Assembly: GCA_002104905.1 (NCBI GenBank) | Contig: MCFE01000203.1 | Location: 62,001-126,000 of the forward strand | Reading direction: 5' to 3' | Length of the DNA: 64,000 bases | From: Basidiobolus meristosporus CBS 931.73 | Lineage: Eukaryota; Fungi; Basidiobolomycota | In this document: one piece after another, positions 59,065 to 64,000 of the stretch | Layout of the letters: the number at the start of each line of letters is the position of its first letter | Numbering within the stretch: position 1 is the first letter of the stretch | The notes under the pieces: model-generated | Databases searched by the model: none | Seen by the model: the letters and a program-made list of their open reading frames with translations, nothing else | Told to the model about the DNA's origin: nothing | Program-made: the position numbers and the translations under genes

Positions 59065-60702
59065 TTATCTAAGACAGGCAGTCACGCATTCCAGAATGAC
59101 CATGCGATTTACGGGTTTTGATAAGTAGGCATTCATCCCTACCTCAAAACATCGCTCAATGTCCGTTTTGATGGTGTTTGCCGATACTGCGATGATAGGT
59201 GTTTGACGGTCAAACTTCCTTATTTCTGTGGTAGCTTCGTAACCGTCCATCACTGGCATTTGGCAATCCATGAAAATCACCGAGAACTTGATTCGCTTGC
59301 AAACTTCAACAGCCTGCGATCCATCCACCACGGATGTTATGCTGATGAAATGATCAGTAATCTGCCGGCGCAATACTGTCTGATTGATCGCATTATCATC
59401 CACAATGAGTGCGGTAAGTCCTTTGAAAGCAGGGGGCCTCTCGAGAGCCTGTTGCACATCAAACCTCATCTTGATCCAAAATAAGGTCCCTATTCCAACT
59501 TCGCTGGTAACTCCAATGGTTCCTTGCATCTTCTCGACCAGAAATTTCGTTAATGAGAGGCCCAGACCGTGCTTCCAGGTATGGGATTCGCCAACCTGGC
59601 CGACTGATTCGAACAAATTGTCCACCCTTTCCGGGGCAATTCCGCTGCCTGTATCTGATATCTGGATGAACAATAGCAGCTCACAATTGTCATTTGACCA
59701 ATTCTCTACGGTTACGGATATGGCGCCCTGTTCAGTATATTCTATTGCATTGTCGACTATGTTCCTGATGATCTCCTCAAAGCGTACCGCGTCCCCAACA
59801 ACCACCTGCGTCATAGAGGGTGGCACAGTGAAGTTAAGCTCCAGGCTCTTTCGAGAAGCTGAAAGTCGAGTCTTTCTGTGAACGGACTCGAAGATCTTGA
59901 TTGGTTGGAACCGAATGAATTCCAACGCAAGCTCCTCCGTCTCGATTTTGGCGATGTCCAGCATGTCGTTTGTTAAGCGCGATATCCGCTCACTACTTTC
60001 CTGCATAATCTCCAAAAGTTGTCGCTGCTCCTCTGTCAGAGGTGAGGATTGCAGAAGTTCAATACACCCCGTAATCCCATGAATAGGTGTTCGAATCTCA
60101 TGACTCATGTGAGCAAGAAATTGTGACTTCATGATTGCCGCTTGTCTATCCGCCTCCAAATCCGCAACGAATGATTTTGCCTCACCCAGTGGGGAGGATC
60201 CTATCCTTAATTCCATACAACGGACGACATGTTGCGCAAGAGCCTCTAGCCCTCTCTTCTGTTTTGTGTCAAGCCTGTTCGGTTTGGTGTCAATCGCACA
60301 TAGTGACCCTAGAGCATGGCCCCGTGCTGATATGAGAGGCGCGCCTGCATAAAATCCGATTTCTTCGGATGATTCGCTTGTGCTCTCGATAAAGCGCAGG
60401 TCTTGTGTGGTATCATTTACAATTAACGTCATTTTCGTTGCCACGACATATGAACAAAACTCCACACCTTTCGCTCCTGGTTTGATGTTAGTGTTGTATC
60501 GTGATTTGACATAGCAGTGTTCGTCGGTGAGAAAACAAATCATTGCCGCAGGAGTGCCACACACTTGAGCGGCAAGGATTGCGATATCATCAAAAATAGG
60601 ATCAGAATCGGCTTGAAGTACATTGTACCTTGCCAACTCGTACATCCCATTGTCTTCTTCGTATATTCGGTTGTCTTGGGGCTTATAGATAGCTATCCTC
60701 AT
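59065..60702 (-). CDS. Hybrid histidine kinase GAF-HisKA-HATPase-REC, intronless, soluble (about 545 aa from the ATG at 60702)
   Basis: GAF (FDDIA.LAAQVCGTP...FC...GFYAGAPL...GHALGSLCAID), H-box FLAHMSHEIRTP, N-box NIVDNAI, G1 DTGSGI, and receiver LIVDDN...IFMDCQMPVMDGYEAT...YLSKP. The ORF-track start at 60810 is a TTG. Confidence 0.9.
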   Translation of the reverse strand: MRIAIYKPQDNRIYEEDNGMYELARYNVLQADSDPIFDDIAILAAQVCGTPAAMICFLTDEHCYVKSRYNTNIKPGAKGVEFCSYVVATKMTLIVNDTTQDLRFIESTSESSEEIGFYAGAPLISARGHALGSLCAIDTKPNRLDTKQKRGLEALAQHVVRCMELRIGSSPLGEAKSFVADLEADRQAAIMKSQFLAHMSHEIRTPIHGITGCIELLQSSPLTEEQRQLLEIMQESSERISRLTNDMLDIAKIETEELALEFIRFQPIKIFESVHRKTRLSASRKSLELNFTVPPSMTQVVVGDAVRFEEIIRNIVDNAIEYTEQGAISVTVENWSNDNCELLLFIQISDTGSGIAPERVDNLFESVGQVGESHTWKHGLGLSLTKFLVEKMQGTIGVTSEVGIGTLFWIKMRFDVQQALERPPAFKGLTALIVDDNAINQTVLRRQITDHFISITSVVDGSQAVEVCKRIKFSVIFMDCQMPVMDGYEATTEIRKFDRQTPIIAVSANTIKTDIERCFEVGMNAYLSKPVNRMVILECVTACLR

Positions 60703-61569
60703 TCCTATACTGACCGGGGTGATATAATTGATGGTAGTTGCAAGCAATGGAAACAGCAGCAGGCACTTATTAAATAGGAGAAAATCGAGATCGATGTTAC
60801 TGTTGCTCAAACATATAATTATCTTCCGGAACGTTACCAGTAGGGGAGGTCGATGATAGCGATGTTAAGCACACTGGTCTCAACTTGGTGGATTTAGTTG
60901 TGCCGATGTGTATTGAATCCTCGATTATAATACTCGTCTTAAGAAATAGCTGCCGATTGCTGTTTTAGATTCTCATTCTATTGGTGCATTGCCGAATCAT
61001 TTCAACTCGCGTATGTCGCATTCTTCCATATAGCGATGGCTTGGTGTTATGAATTAGTGTATCCAGTATTGTTTTGCTTGACGAACATCTGATCCATATT
61101 AGGTAATCAGCAGAGTTGTAGCTTTACCATAGTAAATGTACAGAGCGCTTGCAATCATGGATCAAGGAGTTCTCAGTATCCTGATGGTCCTGAATGATAT
61201 CGCTGATAAGTAGCGCATGGGGATTGGTGATTTGTCGTGTAGGACATCATGCCTTTGGTGGATTGATCGTCCATTTCAGATCACATCGGGTACAGCTGAT
61301 TTTGTCAAGTAGATCATCAATATTGGCTAATTGATTCAAGTGAGCACAGCCGTCTAGCACAGCCGTCTAGCACAACCCTCCAATTTCGCCATCACTGCGC
61401 ATTACTGAATATGTCAGCATATTGCCTTAGGACTTGAAAGCGTTTTGGAAGTTGGAACTCTTGGGGCTCTCATAATGATTTCAATAGATTGTATATGTTG
61501 CAAATTTCGAAATTAATCCTAAATATTCCATGAACTTGTTCACTTGAATCGAAGCCTACAAATATTGGA

Positions 61570-61715
61570 TTATTTTGCCCAAATTCTTTGTTAAGGTTTC
61601 TTTGGAATATTTTACCAAAACACCAGGTACTCAGACATGAGGAATCTCAATGTGGTCCAAAGTCCTCAAACTTTGCACACATGCTCTTGGGAGCTTCCAA
61701 AATATATTCTGCATG
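61570..61715 (+). mobile_element. Older, diverged LTR fragment of the same family, opposite in orientation to the adjacent LTR
   Basis: CCAAATTC...GAATATTTT..CACCAGGTAC.CAG.ACATGA..AAACTTTGCACACATG.TCTTGGGA aligns with the middle of the LTR at 5407-5751, with many changes. Confidence 0.72.
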
Positions 61716-61747
61716 CTTGATTTAGGGTTAGGGGGGAGACAGCTACC

Positions 61748-62096
61748 TGTTGTAAGAGTCTTGGAGATATCGGAAGTGATTGGGAGAACAAGTAGATTAT
61801 GTGGTTTTCACTTAATGATTTATTGAATGTAAAAGTAGTATTTATACTTTTACCTGGTGTTGGAATTACAAACATGTAGAATAGGTTAAGGAAGGTCCTA
61901 AGAACATGTGTGCAAAGTTTGGGGCTGTTTGGACAACTTATCAAATTTTCATGTTCTGGGTACCTGGTATTTTGGTGAAAATATTCTAAGTAAGTCCTGA
62001 CAAGGAATTTGGTCAGTATTCTCTAGGATTTGAAGGTAATGATCTAAGTGACTAAGTTAGGTGAATATTTAGGTGGAAATACAAATTTTTACAACA
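61748..62096 (-). mobile_element. 3' LTR (349 bp) of the Copia element
   Basis: TGTTGTAA...TTACAACA termini, directly preceded on the minus strand by the polypurine tract GAGTGGGAG (62105-62097). Confidence 0.95.
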
Positions 62097-64000
62097 CTCC
62101 CACTCAGCTAAATGTTCATACTGACTAGTCCTAATTTTGACCTAGGATATTCAAACTTGTCTCTAGCTAATGGTTTGGTAAATATGTCTGCAATCATTTC
62201 ATCTGTAGGACAGTAAACTAAGCTAACTGAGTTACTCTCTATAGCTTCACATATGAAATGATGTCTAATATCTATGTGCTTGGTTCTAGCATGAAAAGTT
62301 GGATTTCGACCTAATTGTATACATCCTTGATTATTTTGAAATAAAGTAATAGGCGTTTTTTGACTTAGGCCTAAATCTGTAAAAAGCTTTCTTAACCACA
62401 TTGCTTCTTTTGTAGCTTCACAGGCTGCCGTATACTCTGCCTCTGTGGTGGAAAGTGCTACAGTTGGTTGCTTTCTTGAATTCCATGAAATTGCTCCTTT
62501 ACAGTAAAGAAAGGTGTATCCAGTGATGGATCTTCTGTCTTCTAAATTTTGTTCCCAATCAGCATCAGAGTATCCCACAAGATCCTGTTCTGAATCCTTA
62601 TAAGTGTATCTTAAGCAGATAGCAGCAGTTCTTTTTAGGTATCTATAAATCCACTTAACTGCTGCAATATGATCAGATCCATAATTCTGATTATGTTGGC
62701 TGACAACTCCCACTGAATATGAGATATCTGGACATGTTCCAAGCATGATATACATCAGACTGCTGACCATAGATTGATAAGGAAAGTCAGGGCTTTCAGA
62801 TGGCACCAAGCTCTCTTGATTTGGTTGAGTTTTGACCAAGTTAAGGTTTGTTTCCATTGGGGTAGCTGCCAGTTTACAGTCTTCCATTTGGTACTTCTTT
62901 AGTATATCTTGAATATACTTGGATTGGCTTAGGGTGATAGTCTGGGTACTTCTGTCTATGGAGAACTTAATCCTAAGTAGTAATTAAGTTCTCCTAGATT
63001 GGACATCTTGAACTCCTTAAATAGGCTGGATTTGGTCTCTTCCAATGTTTCTAGGTTATTGGTGGCTATAATAAGATCATCCACATATAGAGCTAATAGA
63101 ACTGGATTTGCTCTATCTGGCTTATAGTAAATACTATAGTCAGCATTACTCCTTTTGAAACTCAAAGATTCTAAATAAGAATCTATCTTGCAATTCCAGG
63201 CTCTTGGTGATTGTTTGATACTATATAGTGACTTTTTAAGCTTGCAGACCAAATGTTGGTTATCTTGGTAAACAAGCCCATCAGGCTGGTCCATATACAC
63301 ATCCTCATCAAGTTCTCCCTTCAAAAATGCAGTTTTTACATCCATTTGATGAATAAAAACTTATATTTGGCTGAAATAGCCAATATTAATCTGATGGAAT
63401 TAAACTTGGCTACCAGTGCAAAGATCTCAGTATAGTCAAGTCCTTTTGTTTGAGAGTATCCTTTGGCTACAAGTCTTGCTTTGTATCTTTCAATTGTACC
63501 ATCAGCCTTGTATTTTATCTTGAAGACCCATCTGCATCCAATTGATTTTTGGCTGATTGGTAATTTGACTACGTCCCAAGTTTGATTTTCCATCAGGGCC
63601 TGATATTCCTCAGCTATTGCAGATCTCCAAAACTTTGTCTGAGGGCTATTTAGGGCCTCTTTTACAGTCTGGGGTTCATCAATATGGACTGAATAGGCAT
63701 AGGCTAAGCTTGTACCCTCATTGATATAGTAATTTGGGCTAGTTCTTGTCCAATTGGATCTCCAGGCATTTGATACTGGAATGATCACTTCTGGGATATT
63801 CCTGGGCACTGATTCTGGCTGAACCACAGTTGTAGAGTCCTCTGGAGTGAAAAAATTTTCATTGTTTTGCTCTGATTCAATCCTGACAATTGGTGGACTT
63901 GAGATCAAATTTTTGTCATCATCTGATGTCATTTCTTGTGAACATTTTGAATTTTCATCATACAACACATCCCTGGACTTGATCAGCTTCTTTGCTTTGG
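62097..64000 (-). mobile_element. Ty1/Copia internal region (RT and RNase H), frameshifted, running off the window end
   Basis: IGCRWVFKIK, YKARLVAKGYSQ, MDVKTAFLKG, LALYVDDL, GYSDADW, RRSITGY, SRKQPTVALSTTEAEY, HARTKHIDIRHHF, EMIADIFTKPL. Frameshifts near 63340 and 62950. Confidence 0.95.

Noticed and set aside
61343-61376. 13-bp direct repeat AGCACAGCCGTCT x2
   Set aside because: A simple slippage duplication with no functional context.

Overview
This is eukaryotic (fungal) genomic DNA. It has GT-AG introns of about 55-70 nt and housekeeping genes (GRS1, RPL24, dynein intermediate chain, NMA111, SKN7-like). The gene content suggests an early-diverging, possibly Zoopagomycota-type fungus; that is inference, not an identification. 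A gene-dense, CpG-normal block (about 8-61.5 kb) sits between two CpG-depleted transposon islands containing Ty1/Copia, Ty3/Gypsy and CACTA remnants, including two related LTRs in inverted orientation. The left island holds two identical copies of a small secreted prepro-protein whose mature part is 23 C-[CYW]-D-[PD] tetrapeptides, the most unusual feature in the window. The gene block holds a frameshifted secreted sulfatase and a tandem M28 aminopeptidase array (2 intact copies, 2 decayed). It also holds an 8-copy array of WrbA/Pst2-type flavodoxin-like quinone reductases with near-identical cores and a conserved basic amphipathic tail. Other features are a small ANAPC15-like gene that the ORF track splits, a LysP-like permease, and an intronless GAF hybrid histidine kinase directly upstream of the SKN7-type response regulator. 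No CRISPR array, rRNA or intact tRNA was seen. All homology calls come from motif recognition by eye; no database search was run.
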